Source: Haliotis rubra (lineage: Eukaryota). Taken from it: DNA of 64,000 bases. A program made the translations under genes and the position numbers. This document shows positions 40,575 through 53,634 of this stretch, one piece after another. The notes below the pieces were generated by a model. It did not search any database, was not told the DNA's origin, and saw nothing but the letters and a program-made list of their open reading frames with translations. The DNA is taken from assembly GCF_003918875.1 (NCBI RefSeq), contig NW_025767630.1, positions 310,001 through 374,000 of the forward strand, in the 5' to 3' direction. The first letter of the stretch is position 1, and every line of letters starts with the position of its first letter.

Positions 40575-40661
40575 GACTTGATGTGTGCTGGAGTCATCAT
40601 TCCATCTGTCATCAGATCTCCACAACAAGTCCTCCTCCAGATCCTTCTGAGCTATTCCAAA

Positions 40662-41324
40662 ATGTCGGATATGTCATATGACTATCTATCCTCCGACTTG
40701 GAAGAATCGGCAGACTTCATCGCTCTCAGTTTCAACGTGGCTGACCCCTTGTGTTTCACGTGCTGTGACGTCATCACCGACCAGTACTATCTACGTGCTG
40801 GGGATCACGTGTGGCACGAGCACTGTCTGCGTTGCTGTGTGTGTCAGGTGACGCTCGGTGGACATTCTACTTGCTTCGTCAGAGACGGAAACATATTCTG
40901 TCAGAGAGACTTCGCCCAGGTTTATAAGACCAAATGTAGTTCCTGTTTACGACCCATCGAGTCTGGAGATTGGGTGAGATCGGCTGGTGAGAACATGTAC
41001 CACCTTGCATGTTTTTCGTGCAGCACGTGCCAAAGACAATTGTCCACAGGAGAAGACTTCGCCATACACGACGGACGAGTACTTTGCAGAGTCCACGCCC
41101 TCAACCCCGACGACGAGAACGTTAACTGCAGATCAAAATCCAAGAGATTCCGAACAGTCTTCAACGAGGACCAGGTAGCAGTTTTACAGAAGTACTTCGA
41201 CCTTGACACTAACCCAGCCGGAAGTGACCTCGGGATGATCGCCGAAGAAGCGGGTCTTCCCAGACGAGTGGCCCAAGTGTGGTTCCAAAATGCACGTGCT
41301 AAGCTCAAGAGGGCCATGCATTGA
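40662..41324 (+). CDS. Intronless LIM-homeobox gene, copy 2 (Awh/Lhx6/8-like), 220 aa
   Basis: ATG at 40662 (MSDMSYDY...) matches the start of the paralogs; the track start at 40578 is TTG. LIM-LIM-HD intact; AATAAA at 41578-41583. Confidence 0.95.
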   Translation: MSDMSYDYLSSDLEESADFIALSFNVADPLCFTCCDVITDQYYLRAGDHVWHEHCLRCCVCQVTLGGHSTCFVRDGNIFCQRDFAQVYKTKCSSCLRPIESGDWVRSAGENMYHLACFSCSTCQRQLSTGEDFAIHDGRVLCRVHALNPDDENVNCRSKSKRFRTVFNEDQVAVLQKYFDLDTNPAGSDLGMIAEEAGLPRRVAQVWFQNARAKLKRAMH

Positions 41325-42389
41325 ACATGACAACGTTTTGTATTGACAACTCTGGAACTTATTGTATTGTAGATAATTATGTATTTATAAATTGTCCTTG
41401 TTGTTGATATCGTCAACTAATCACTGCAGCTCGAAGTGCTCTATCTCAGCTAAGGCACTTAATTGTGTATATACTTTATTTATTTTACCACTTGTTATTA
41501 TTTATGCCATCAGTGACTGTTCTGTACCTAGCCAATATTTAACATGTAATTTATTTTATGTCCATACTTTGACCATTAATAAAGGATTCGACGCACATTT
41601 TATTTTGTTGTGTAAACAAGTGTAATGTAAAAGGTGCATAATAATATTTTGTTTACACTAGTGCTTCTCGAAGGGGAAGAGTGCACTTAATTTCCCTTCA
41701 GCAATATCACGGCGAAGGACACCAGAAATGGGCTTCACACATTGTACCCATGTCGGGAATCGAACCCGGGTCTTCGTCCATGACGTTATATGTTTCTACG
41801 TATACGGACATTACATTGAATGAACGACTTCGGGCTTGACAGCACAGCCAGCCACGTCAACGGGGTAGTCCCGTAAGTTCGACCTTTAGGTCGAGGTAAA
41901 ATTCCTTTGATGTTGAATGTTTTGAAAACGGATTAAGACACTGGTTTTCTACAAAATGTGAAATGTGTCCACTAAGGCAGCGAAATATGACATTTGTACC
42001 AGCTGGATGACATGTGAACCAGCGGCTTAAGTGAGTGAGTTTAGTTCTCTCAATTCATTAGTAGTAAGTTATTCAATTTCTTACATAAACTTGCATGCTA
42101 TAAGAATGTTGGAACTGACAGTTTTCATCATCATTTCCACAACTTCAGTTATGGCAAATGCACAATTGGTTATATCCTAGTTCTCGTGGTGGAAGATATA
42201 AATAAATGGTTATATTTATATGCATCGTGGAGATGCATTCAGAAAGACTGCATATCAGTCTCAACAGTGAACGACATAATTTCCCAAATACCTGGAGACC
42301 ACAACCACAGACCTGTACACAACGAAGTCAAGGTGAATCTTTTCGACTGTACCATTTCATCAATTCATGCAATAACAGAAACTTAATAC

Positions 42390-42665
42390 ATTGGTCTATA
42401 TAATTATCTAAATTAAAAGTTGATGGTTATACTCTCGGAACCATGAGATAGTAGCAATTCTTCTAAATCGTTTATAAAAATTGAAAACAGTAGCGGTGAC
42501 AAGTTTTCTCCTTGTCTTACTCCAGAGTGACTGAAGAATTAGTCCGAGTAGGATTTACTAATGTTAACACATGATTTGATATTATTATACATGTTCTGTA
42601 TGAGTAACATGTAGAAATTTTCCATTTATATTACACCTGAACATTTTTTGCCATAGCCCAATTAT
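42390..42665 (-). mobile_element. Decayed LINE RT fragment inside the duplicated unit (second copy ~46817-47092)
   Basis: Minus-strand translation LWQKMFRCNINGKF.../NMYNNIKSCV...GVRQGENLSPLLFSIFINDLE with stops and frameshifts. Confidence 0.75.
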
Positions 42666-45083
42666 CAAAAATACTGACGGTCCCCGCACAAACAACAACC
42701 TCGGGGGTTGGCATTGCCGTCTCACGAAGGTTGTGGGGATAACATCCCAACCTTTTCTCGAGTTGCCCAAGTTCTTGGCAGATGAAAAGTACTGAACGAG
42801 ACAAAGATGCTTCAGTACAATGCTGGCCNNNNNNNNNNNNNNNNNNNNNNNNNNNNNNNNNNNNNNNNNNNNNNNNNNNNNNNNNNNNNNNNNNNNNNNN
42901 NNNNNNNNNNNNNNNNNNNNNNNNNNNNNNNNNNNNNNNNNNNNNNNNNNNNNNNNNNNNNNNNNNGGAACGACTAGATATCTCGAAGTTCAGGTGTGCA
43001 AATAACGACCTGACATTGACGGAGTACCTGGAAAATGTCTCCTATTATTGTGTTAAGTTGTTGAGCTCGTGCTTCTTGGTTCTGGACCGTATATCTGTGT
43101 TGCCTGTATATTTTGCTTTCACCATATATGATTTGTGCTATTTAATTTAATTCATAAGGAAATGGTCATTTGTAGTGCTATTGTATGTTGTGTTATTTAA
43201 AGTTGCGTATTTTGGTGCTATAAACTTTTTTATGTATATATTATGTTATATGAATTTGTATTATATATTATGTAGACAATAGTAATTACCGTCACATTGA
43301 ATGTTTAATTAAAAATGATATTTTACAGCGTGAATCTTGTCCACTTATTTAGCGGTGAACATATTAACATTAACCCTACAGTTGTAAAAACATTGACTGC
43401 CAATTGTCTAGAACCAGTGGACCTTAAAGATACACCCCTGCAACCCGACCAGTTTGTTTTTACACCCATGCAAAGGTCGGACTGACGGGACCTTACCACG
43501 TTAACGCCGTCACATACAATCTCGCGGGGCTTTGATTGACTCAACCAATAGTCAATCATTGGTTGATGGAGGCATGAGATGTATTTACGTGTCGTGCTTA
43601 CGGTTACAGCCACCTAACTGAGTGAACGACTTCGGGCGTGACGCCTTGCTAGCCGGGTTGACACGCACCGTCACGTGCAATCTAACGCTTTGATTGACTC
43701 CTTCACGGTCAATCATTGATTGATAGGGGCATGGGTTGTGTCTACGTGTCGCAAATACAGTTAAGGTCGAACTGCTCGATATGTCAATGCTGTACCCCGA
43801 GCCCATCACCGTTCATTCACTGAAACAGACACGCAGAAGAATTCCATTCTAAATATTGCATACAATTAATAAAATCTTCACTATACAACTAAGACCAATC
43901 GGATAGCGATTTAAGAGAGACTATATTTTGTACTGTATGGTACACATCTATATACGTTTACGAAAGGCATTGCGTATGTGGTCCAACATACTTAAGATGC
44001 TTACAGCAACACAAATGGTCAAATCTGGGGTTGATAATCATAAACCTCGACATTGTAAAAATAAATAACAAATTCATCAGACTTTCCCTCATTCCAATTA
44101 AAATTGAGTTTGCAGCAAAACATTTACTTCATTTTCTAACACATCTTTGTATTTAAACAGAACAAAAGATGAGATGGTGCGTTATATGTGGCCAAGGGTC
44201 TCACCATTATGCAAAACATGTTATAATTACTCTGCAAATACACGTGATTATATGTATATTAGCATAAAATCTGCCGATTTGTTCCTGACCTTCAGCATTA
44301 GATTTCCGCGTGAACCGTGGGATGTTTAACCTATGATCAACTGATGGCCCTTTCAGATATGAGCATGTAAGTTGTCTACAACAATAAACATGTTAAAAAC
44401 ATATTTGGAACATTTTTTCGGACTGAAAATATGAAGACAGACCAGGACATACTAAGCTCAGGAATTCTATATAGCGGTATAGAAACGTTGGATATGTACT
44501 AACATCGTATTCAAATATTTGGTTTATCCCATTCCATCCAACAATTTTATTTACTTGACAGTTTGGATGAGACTTTAATTTGTAGCGCGCTAAACCCGTG
44601 TGTGCAATAATACAATGGTTCTGCACTGACAAAACATACTCCAAACACTAGACATCAATTGTTTCCTTGTAGTATATTTTTATCGTAATATAAGTATACA
44701 TGCTATGTATTTCAGTTGGCAAATGGCAAACATTTTGTATCTATAAAATATTGTATGAAATATGAACAACTGTTTCTTTTGATCCGTGAGATTTGTTTTG
44801 ATAACATAATATATTTGTGAACTGTGTGTTATGTCAAGCATCCAATGACAAGGAAACAATGCATCGATCAGTCTCAATGATTAATGGGTGAGCTCATCGC
44901 GGCAGATAACTCTGATGTCGTTGCTTGTCCAAACACTGATCTCGCGTCATCATGGCACTCCAGTTCACTCTAAGATGCCAAGCCAACATTTAAATAGACT
45001 TGATGTGTGCTGGAGTCGTCATTCCATCTGTCATCAGATCTCCACAACAAGTCCTCCTCCAGATCCTTCTGAGCTATTCCAAA

Positions 45084-45746
45084 ATGTCGGACATGTCATA
45101 TGACTATCTATCCTCCGACTTGGAAGAATCGGCAGACTTCATCGCTCTCAGTTTCAACGTGGCTGACCCCTTGTGTTTCACGTGCTGTGACGTCATCACC
45201 GACCAGTACTATCTACGTGCTGGGGATCACGTGTGGCACGAGCACTGTCTGCGTTGCTGTGTGTGTCAGGTGACGCTTAGTGGACATTCTACTTGCTTCG
45301 TCAGAGACGGAAATATATTCTGTCAGAGAGACTTCGCTCAAGTTTATAAGACCAAATGTAGTTCCTGTTTAAGACCCATCGAGTCTGGAGATTGGGTGAG
45401 ATCGGCCGGTGAGAACATGTACCACCTTGCATGTTTCTCGTGCAGCACGTGCCAAAAACAGTTGTCCACAGGAGAAGACTTCGCCATCCACGACGGCCGA
45501 GTACTTTGCCGAGTCCACGCCCTCAACCTCGATGAAGAGAACGTCAACTGCAGACAAAAATCCAAGAGATTCCGAACAGCCTTCAACGAGGACCAGGTAG
45601 CAGTTTTACAGAAGTACTTCGACCTTGACACCAACCCTACCGGAAGTGACCTCGGGAGGATCGCCGAAGAAGCGGGTCTTCCCAGACGAGTGGCCCAAGT
45701 ATGGTTCCAAAATGCACGTGCTAAGCTCAAGAGGGCCATGCATTGA
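45084..45746 (+). CDS. Intronless LIM-homeobox gene, copy 3, 220 aa
   Basis: Near-identical to copy 2, 4422 bp downstream; intact LIM-LIM-HD; AATAAA at 46005-46010. Confidence 0.93.
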   Translation: MSDMSYDYLSSDLEESADFIALSFNVADPLCFTCCDVITDQYYLRAGDHVWHEHCLRCCVCQVTLSGHSTCFVRDGNIFCQRDFAQVYKTKCSSCLRPIESGDWVRSAGENMYHLACFSCSTCQKQLSTGEDFAIHDGRVLCRVHALNLDEENVNCRQKSKRFRTAFNEDQVAVLQKYFDLDTNPTGSDLGRIAEEAGLPRRVAQVWFQNARAKLKRAMH

Positions 45747-48700
45747 ACATTACAACGTATTGTATTGAACCATCTGGAACTTACTAGTATTGTATTGTAG
45801 ATAATTATGTATTTATATATTGTCCTTCTTGTTGATAATCGCCAACTAACCACTGCAGCTTCAAGTGCTCTATCTCAGCTAAGGCATTTAATTATATATA
45901 TTATATTCCTTTTACCACTTGTTATTATTTATGTCATCAGTGACTATTTTGTACATAGTCAATGTGTAACGTGTAATTTATTTGATGTCCATTCTTTGAC
46001 CATTAATAAAGGATTCGACGCACATTTTATTTTGTTGTGTAAACAAGTGTAATGTAAAAGGTGCATAATAATATTTTGTTTACACTAGTGCTTCTCGCAG
46101 GGGGAAGAGTGCACTTAATTTCCCTTCAGCAATATCACGGCGAAGGACACCAGGGTGGGCTTCACACATTGTACCCATGTCGGGGATCGAACCCGGGTCT
46201 TCGTCCATGACGTTATATGTTTCTACGTATACGGACATTACATTGAATGAACGACTTCGGGCGTGACAGCACAGCCAGCCACGTCAACGGGGTAGTCCCG
46301 TAAGTTCGACCTTAAGGTCGAGGTAAAATTCCTTTGATGTTGAATGTTTTGAAAACGGATTAAGACACTGGTTTTCTACAAAATGTGAAATGTGTCCACT
46401 AAGGCAGCGAAATATGACATTTGTACCAGCTGGATGACATGTGAACCAGCGGCTTAAGTGAGTGAGTTTAGTTCTCTCAATTCATTAGTAGTAAGTTATT
46501 CAATTTCTTACATAAACTTGCATGCTATAAGAATGTTGGAACTGACAGTTTTCATCATCATTTCCACAACTTCAGTTATGGCAAATGCACAATTGGTTAT
46601 ATCCTAGTTCTCGTGGTGGAAGATATAAATAAATGGTTATATTTATATGCATCGTGGAGATGCATTCAGAAAGACTGCATATCAGTCTCAACAGTGAACG
46701 ACATAATTTCCCAAATACCTGGAGACCACAACCACAGACCTGTACACAACGAAGTCAAGGTGAATCTTTTCGACTGTACCATTTCATCAATTCATGCAAT
46801 AACAGAAACTTAATACATTGGTCTATATAATTATCTAAATTAAAAGTTGATGGTTATACTCTCGGAACCATGAGATAGTAGCAATTCTTCTAAATCGTTT
46901 ATAAAAATTGAAAACAGTAGCGGTGACAAGTTTTCTCCTTGTCTTACTCCAGAGTGACTGAAGAATTAGTCCGAGTAGGATTTACTAATGTTAACACATG
47001 ATTTGATATTATTATACATGTTCTGTATGAGTAACATGTAGAAATTTTCCATTTATATTACACCTGAACATTTTTTGCCATAGCCCAATTATCAAAAATA
47101 CTGACGGTCCCCGCACAAACAACAACCTCGGGAGTTGGCATTGCCGTCTCACGAAGGTTGTGGGAAAATAACATCCCAACCTTTTCTCGAGTTGCCCAAG
47201 TTCTTGGCAGATGAAAAAGTACTGAACGAGACAAAGATGCTTCAGTACAATGCTGGCCNNNNNNNNNNNNNNNNNNNNNNNNNNNNNNNNNNNNNNNNNN
47301 NNNNNNNNNNNNNNNNNNNNNNNNNNNNNNNNNNNNNNNNNNNNNNNNNNNNNNNNNNNNNNNNNNNNNNNNNNNNNNNNNNNNNNNNNGGAACGACTAG
47401 ATATCTCGAAGTTCAGGTGTGCAAATAACGACCTGACATTGACGGAGTACCTGGAAAATGTCTCCTATTATTGTGTTAAGTTGTTGAGCTCGTGCTTCTT
47501 GGTTCTGGACCGTATATCTGTGTTGCCTGTATATTTTGCTTTCACCATATATGATTTGTGCTATTTAATTTAATTCATAAGGAAATGGTCATTTGTAGTG
47601 CTACTGTATGTTGTGTTATTTAAAGTTGCTTATTTTAGTGCTATAAACTTGTTATGTATATATTATGTAGTATGAATTTGTATTATATATTATGTAGACA
47701 ATAGTAATTACCGTCACATTGAATGTTTAATTAAAAATGATATTTTACAGCGTGAAACTTGTCCACTTATTTTCCGGTGAACATATTAACATTAACCCTA
47801 CAGTTGTAAAAACATTGACTGCCAATTGTCTAGAACCAGTGGACCTTAAAGATACACCCCTGCAACCCGACCAGTTTGTTTTTACACACATGCAAAAGTC
47901 GGACTAACGGGACTTACCACGTTAACGCCGTCACATACAATCTCGCGGGGCTTTGATTGACTCAACCAATAGTCAATCATTGGTTGATGGAGGCATGAGA
48001 TGTATTTACGTGTCGTGCTTACGGTTACAGCCACCTAACTGAGTGAACGACTTCGGCAGTGACGCCTTGTTAGCCGCGTTGACACGCACCGTCACGTGCA
48101 ATCTAACGCTTTGATTGACTCCTTCACGGTCAATCATTGATTGATAGGGGCATGCGTTGTGTCTACGTGTCGCAAATACAGTTAAGGTCAAACTGCTCGA
48201 TATGTCAATGCTGTACCCCGAGCCCATCACCGTTCATTCACTGAAACAGACACGCAGAAGAATTCCATTCTAAATATTGCATACAATTAATAAAATCTTC
48301 ACTATACAACTAAGACCAATCGGATAGCGATTTAAGAGAGACTATATTTTGTACTGTATGGTACACATCTATATACGTTTACGAAAGGCATTGCGTATGT
48401 GGTCCAACTTACTCAAGATGCTTACAGCAACACAAATGGTCAAATCTGGGGTTGATAATCATAAACTCGACATTGTAAAAATAAATAACACAATTCATCA
48501 GACTTTCCCTCATTCCAATTATAATTGAGGTTGCAGCAAAACATTTACTTCATTTTCTAACACATCTTTGTATTTAAACAGAACAAAAGATGAGATGGGG
48601 CGTTATATGTGGCCAAGGGTCTCACCATTATGCAAAACATGTTACTCTGCAAATACACGTGATTATATGTATATTAACATAAAATCTGCCGATTTGTTTC

Positions 48701-49502
48701 TGACCTTCAGTATTAGATTTCCGCGTGAACCGTGGGATGTTTAACCTATGATCAACTGATGGCGCTTTCAGATATGAGCATGTAAGTCGTCTACAACAAT
48801 AAACATGTTCAAAAAATATGTGGAACATTTTTTCGGACTGAAAATATCAAGACAGACCAGGACATACTAAGCTCAGGAATTCTATATAGCGGTATAGAAA
48901 CGTTGGATATTTACTAACATCGTATTCAAATATTTGGTTTATCCCATTCCATCCAACAATTTTATTTACTTGACTGTTTGGATGAGACTTTAATTTGTAG
49001 CGCGCTAAACCCGTGTGTTCAGTAATACAATGGTTCTGCACTGACAAAACATACTCCAAACACTAGACATCATTTGTTTTTTTGTAGTATATTTTTATCG
49101 TAATATAAGTATACATGCTAGGCTCGTATTTTAGTTGGCAAATGGCAAACATTTCGTATCTATAAAATATTGTATGAAATATGAACAACTGTTTCTTTTG
49201 ATCCGTGAGATTTGTTTTGATAACATAATATATTTGTGAACTGTGTGTTATGTCAAGCATCCAATGACAAGGAAACAATGCATCGATCAGTCTCAATGAT
49301 TAATGGGTGAGCTCATCGCGGCAGATAACTCTGATGTCGTTGCTTGTCCAAACACTGATCTCGCGTCATCATGGCACTCCAGTTCACTCTAAGATGCCAA
49401 GCCAACATTTAAATAGACTTGATGTGTGCTGGAGTCGTCATTCCATCTGTCATCAGATCTCCACAACAAGTCCTCCTCCAGATCCTTCTGAGCTATTCCA
49501 AA

Positions 49503-50165
49503 ATGTCGGACATGTCATATGACTATCTATCCTCCGACTTGGAAGAATCGGCAGACTTCATCGCTCTCAGTTTCAACGTGGCTGACCCCTTGTGTTTCAC
49601 GTGCTGTGACGTCATCACTGACCAGTACTATCTACGTGCTGGGGATCACGTGTGGCACGAGCACTGTCTGCGTTGCTGTGTGTGTCAGGTGACGCTCGGT
49701 GGACATTCTACTTGCTTCGTCAGGGACGGAAACATATTCTGTCAGAGAGACTTCGCCCAGGTTTATAAGACCAAATGTAGTTCCTGTTTAAGACCCATCG
49801 AGTCTGGAGATTGGGTGAGATCGGCCGGTGAGAACATGTACCACCTTGCCTGTTTTTCGTGCAGCACGTGCCAAAGACAGTTGTCCACAGGAGAAGACTT
49901 CGCCATCCACGACGGACGAGTACTTTGCAGAGTCCACGTCCTCAACCCCGACGACGAGAACGTTAACTGCAGACAAAAATCCAAGAGATTCCGAACAACC
50001 TTCAACGAGGACCAGGTAGCAGTTTTACAGAAGTACTTCGACCTTGACACCAACCCTACAGGAAGTGACCTCGGAAGGATCGCCGAAGAAGCGGGTCTTC
50101 CCAGAAGAGTGGCCCAAGTGTGGTTCCAAAATGCACGTGCTAAGCTCAAGAGAGCCATGCATTGA
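49503..50165 (+). CDS. Intronless LIM-homeobox gene, copy 4, 220 aa
   Basis: Near-identical to copies 2 and 3, 4419 bp downstream of copy 3; intact domains. Confidence 0.93.
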   Translation: MSDMSYDYLSSDLEESADFIALSFNVADPLCFTCCDVITDQYYLRAGDHVWHEHCLRCCVCQVTLGGHSTCFVRDGNIFCQRDFAQVYKTKCSSCLRPIESGDWVRSAGENMYHLACFSCSTCQRQLSTGEDFAIHDGRVLCRVHVLNPDDENVNCRQKSKRFRTTFNEDQVAVLQKYFDLDTNPTGSDLGRIAEEAGLPRRVAQVWFQNARAKLKRAMH

Positions 50166-52971
50166 ACATGACAACGTTTTGTATTGAACCATCTGGAACT
50201 TATTGTATTGTAGATAATTATATTTTTATAAATTGCTTTTGTTGTTGATATCGTCAACAAACCACTGCAGCTCGAAGTGCTTTATCTCAGCTAAGGCATT
50301 TAATTGTGTATATGTATACTTTATTTATTGTACCACTTGTTATTATTTATGCCATCAGTGACTATTTTGTACATAGCCAATATTTAACGTGTAATTTATT
50401 TTATGTCCATACTTTGACGCACAGTTATTTCAAATATTTGTTTTTGGTAGTAGTTAACGTTGAAATAACAGTTCATTGAGTGCCCCAACTGAAATGTAAG
50501 ACCCAAATATAACGAGAGGAATCTACTCTATCTCTTAAGGCGGTGCTAGGAGATATAACGGGAGTGAAGGAAAACTTGCTTTCTGTATTTTATGGAATAA
50601 ATGATTTTTGTGACAAAATTCCCAAGAGGATGCTGAATTTTATGTAGTAATAATATGAATAACATGGCCACTGAACTCCCCGCCACATGGATATGCCCTA
50701 AGCACACACAACTAAAATGTTAAACAACTAAATTGTCGACAATTAAGAAACAAATGGGTCTTCAGGCAGAAGAAAGGACGAGCCACTAAAGGCCGTATAA
50801 ACGCGTTTTGTACATATCAGGGACCCTTGTCACAAAGACATTTTGAAGGCACGATATCACACCACACTTCTCTAAAAATAAATAATGCATTTCTCTCAAT
50901 AATATTAACTATCAGCCCTCAGGGAAGTTACCATATAATTTATTAAGTGAGTGAGTTCAGTTTTACGCCATTTCAGCTATATGGCGGCGGTCTGTAAATA
51001 ATCGAGTCTGGACCAGACAATCCAGTGATCAACAGCATGAGCATCGATCTGCGAAACTGGGAACCGATGACATGTGTCAACCAAGTTAGCGAGCCTGACC
51101 ACCTGATCCCGTTAGTCACCTCTTACGACAAGCATGGGTTACTGAAGATCAATATTCTAACCCTGTATAATAAATAAATACATACATGCATGCATACGTG
51201 TTGAATGATANNNNNNNNNNNNNNNNNNNNNNNNNNNNNNNNNNNNNNNNNNNNNNNNNNNNNNNNNNNNNNNNNNNNNNNNNNNNNNNNNNNNNNNNNN
51301 NNNNNNNNNNNNNNNNNNNNNNNNNNNNNNNNNNNNNNNNNNNNNNNNNNNNNNNNNNNNNNNNNNNNNNNNNNNNNNNNNNNNNNNNNNNNNNNNNNNN
51401 NNNNNNNNNNNNNNNNNNNNNNNNNNNNNNNNNNNTGTGGTCATCTTAATACTTGGATCGCTTTGTGGATCTGATCCCAGACATACAGCCGATGCACGAT
51501 AAAACAAAATTCTAATTGCTTTACATTTCGTTCAAATAACAACAGAACAAAAAAAAATATTAAATGCTACAATACTATCAAGCATGTAGATGCATTTCAT
51601 TTACAAATGGTAGTCAGCTTAAATTCTGTGCTTTTCACACATTGTTTGCTGATGTACAAATATAAAATGCTTAAGCTATTATAATACATGTAATGAGAGT
51701 AAAAAGAATACCTTCCAAGCTCTTGTTTGATCTATGAACTGACTAGTAAATGTATGTACGTTTTATATGAGCATGTGTGACATAATGTATTTGAACATCT
51801 GGAAAATAAAAGGTAACCCCACCCCCACCCCCCACACACACACCCCAAAAAATAAAAAATACAAAAATTACAAAAATCCCGAAACAACAGAACTTCCAGC
51901 GACTTTTAGGACTTAGTTACATGGGGAGTTACACATGATTCCGGATAACAAGGGTATCAACACGAAGATGAAGCGAACGCTCAAGAAATCGTCTTCTGCC
52001 CCATTTTCATGTGTCCCCACCTTTTTGCATCATTGTAAACGTCACTGATGTAAATATTAAATGGTGTTAGGACCCCGTGGTCAAATATGGCCTTTTCTTT
52101 CACAGCAGTTCATGCAGAAATTTGGGAAATTTGATTTTAACCTGATATTATTATTATCATTTTTTTATTTATACTTTTCTATTATTTCTTTTCCTCGTGT
52201 AGTTTAAAATAATATTTTCTTTACTGAGAAAGTGTAACTCCGAACATAGCAGGTTACATGAGACCACTTTCTGAAAAACACTGTATTGATTGATTCCATC
52301 CAGTTTCTGTCCCTGCAGTGGTGTTATGTGACTCGATGTTTCAGGACTTTTATTGTAAATTATAGCAGCTGTATTATGGTGAAGATGTACAAAGATGTTT
52401 CTGTCCAGCTATGAATGAATACCTGTGGAAAAAAAAAGATTTTAACCTGATCAGATTCGATTGATAAAGTTGAATTTGACAATGTTGAATTTGATAATGT
52501 TGAATTTGATAATGTTGAATTGTGTCTTGTAACCCTTCACATAAAAGTGGACGACTGCGATGCATGCATGGGGAGGAGACATCTACTGCTTGAGTACACT
52601 GCGTGCATATACATATCATATGATTGCCCTCGTGGTCAAGTGGATATTGTGTTTGTTCGTAGAGCAGAAAGGTAGCGGTTCGAACTCTGGTCTCGTCAGA
52701 ACAAAAGCTATTGAAAGATAATCTTATACAACATGATAAAATGTGCATTGAATAATTTATTAACAGTTTAATATATACACACGAAATATACCACAATCAA
52801 ACATTGGCTATGTACAATGTAGTCACTGATGGCATGAATAATAAGGGGGCACAATAAATAATAACATTCATCCCTATTCATGAAGAGCACTTCAGACTGT
52901 ACCGGTTGTTTTATATCAGCAGTAAGTCATGTCACATAATTATTACTGCCTGAATGTGTGAAATATCACAT

Positions 52972-53634
52972 TCACTGCATGGCTCTCTTGAGCTTAGCTC
53001 GGGCATTCTGGAACCACACTTGGGCCACTCTTCTGGGAAGACCCGCTTCTTCGGCGATCCTCCCGAGGTCACTTCCTGTAGGGTTGGTGTCAAGGTCGAA
53101 GTACTTCTGTAAAACAGCTACCTGGTCCTCGTTGAAGGCTGTTCGGAATCGCTTGGACTTTGGTCTGCAGTTGACGTTCTCGTCGTCGGGGTTGAGGACG
53201 TGAACGCGGCAAAGGACTCGACCGTCGTGGATGGCGAAGTCTTCTCCTGTGGACAACTGTCTCTTGCACATGCTGCACGAGAAACATGCAAGGTGGTACA
53301 TGTTCTCACCGGCCGATCTCACCCAATCTCCGGACTCGATGGGTCTTAAACAGGAACTACACCTTGTCTTATAAACGTAGGCGAAGTCTCTCTGACAGAA
53401 TATGTTTCCGTCTCTGACGAAGCAAGTAGAATGTCCACCGAGCGTCACCTGACACACACAGCAACGCAGACAGTGTTCGTGCCACACGTGATCCCCAGCA
53501 CGTAGATAGTACTGGTCAGTGATGACGTCACAGCACGTGAAACACAAGGGGTCAGCCACGTTGAAACTGAGAGCGATGAAGTCTGCCGATTCTTCCAAGT
53601 CGGAGGAGAGGAGTTCATATGACATATCCGACAT
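52972..53634 (-). CDS. Intronless LIM-homeobox gene, copy 5, 220 aa
   Basis: Intact LIM-LIM-HD ORF; TATAAAT on minus strand at 53717-53723. Confidence 0.95.
   Translation of the reverse strand: MSDMSYELLSSDLEESADFIALSFNVADPLCFTCCDVITDQYYLRAGDHVWHEHCLRCCVCQVTLGGHSTCFVRDGNIFCQRDFAYVYKTRCSSCLRPIESGDWVRSAGENMYHLACFSCSMCKRQLSTGEDFAIHDGRVLCRVHVLNPDDENVNCRPKSKRFRTAFNEDQVAVLQKYFDLDTNPTGSDLGRIAEEAGLPRRVAQVWFQNARAKLKRAMQ

Larger units (their letters stand above)
41777..50425 (+). repeat. Two tandem ~4.42-kb segmental duplicates carrying LIM-HD copies 3 and 4
   Basis: 41777-46203 and 46204-50425 align nearly end to end, and both align more loosely to 38574-41776. Confidence 0.9.

Noticed and set aside
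40578-40661. N-terminal extensions of copies 2-4 and copy 8 in the ORF track
   Set aside because: They start at TTG or GTG at or upstream of the TATA-like box and are not conserved between paralogs.
40922-41416. Antisense and alternative-frame ORFs over each LIM-HD gene (MALLSLARAFW..., MRTCTTL...)
   Set aside because: They are shadows of the real CDS; they recur because the sense gene is conserved, and their ends vary between copies.
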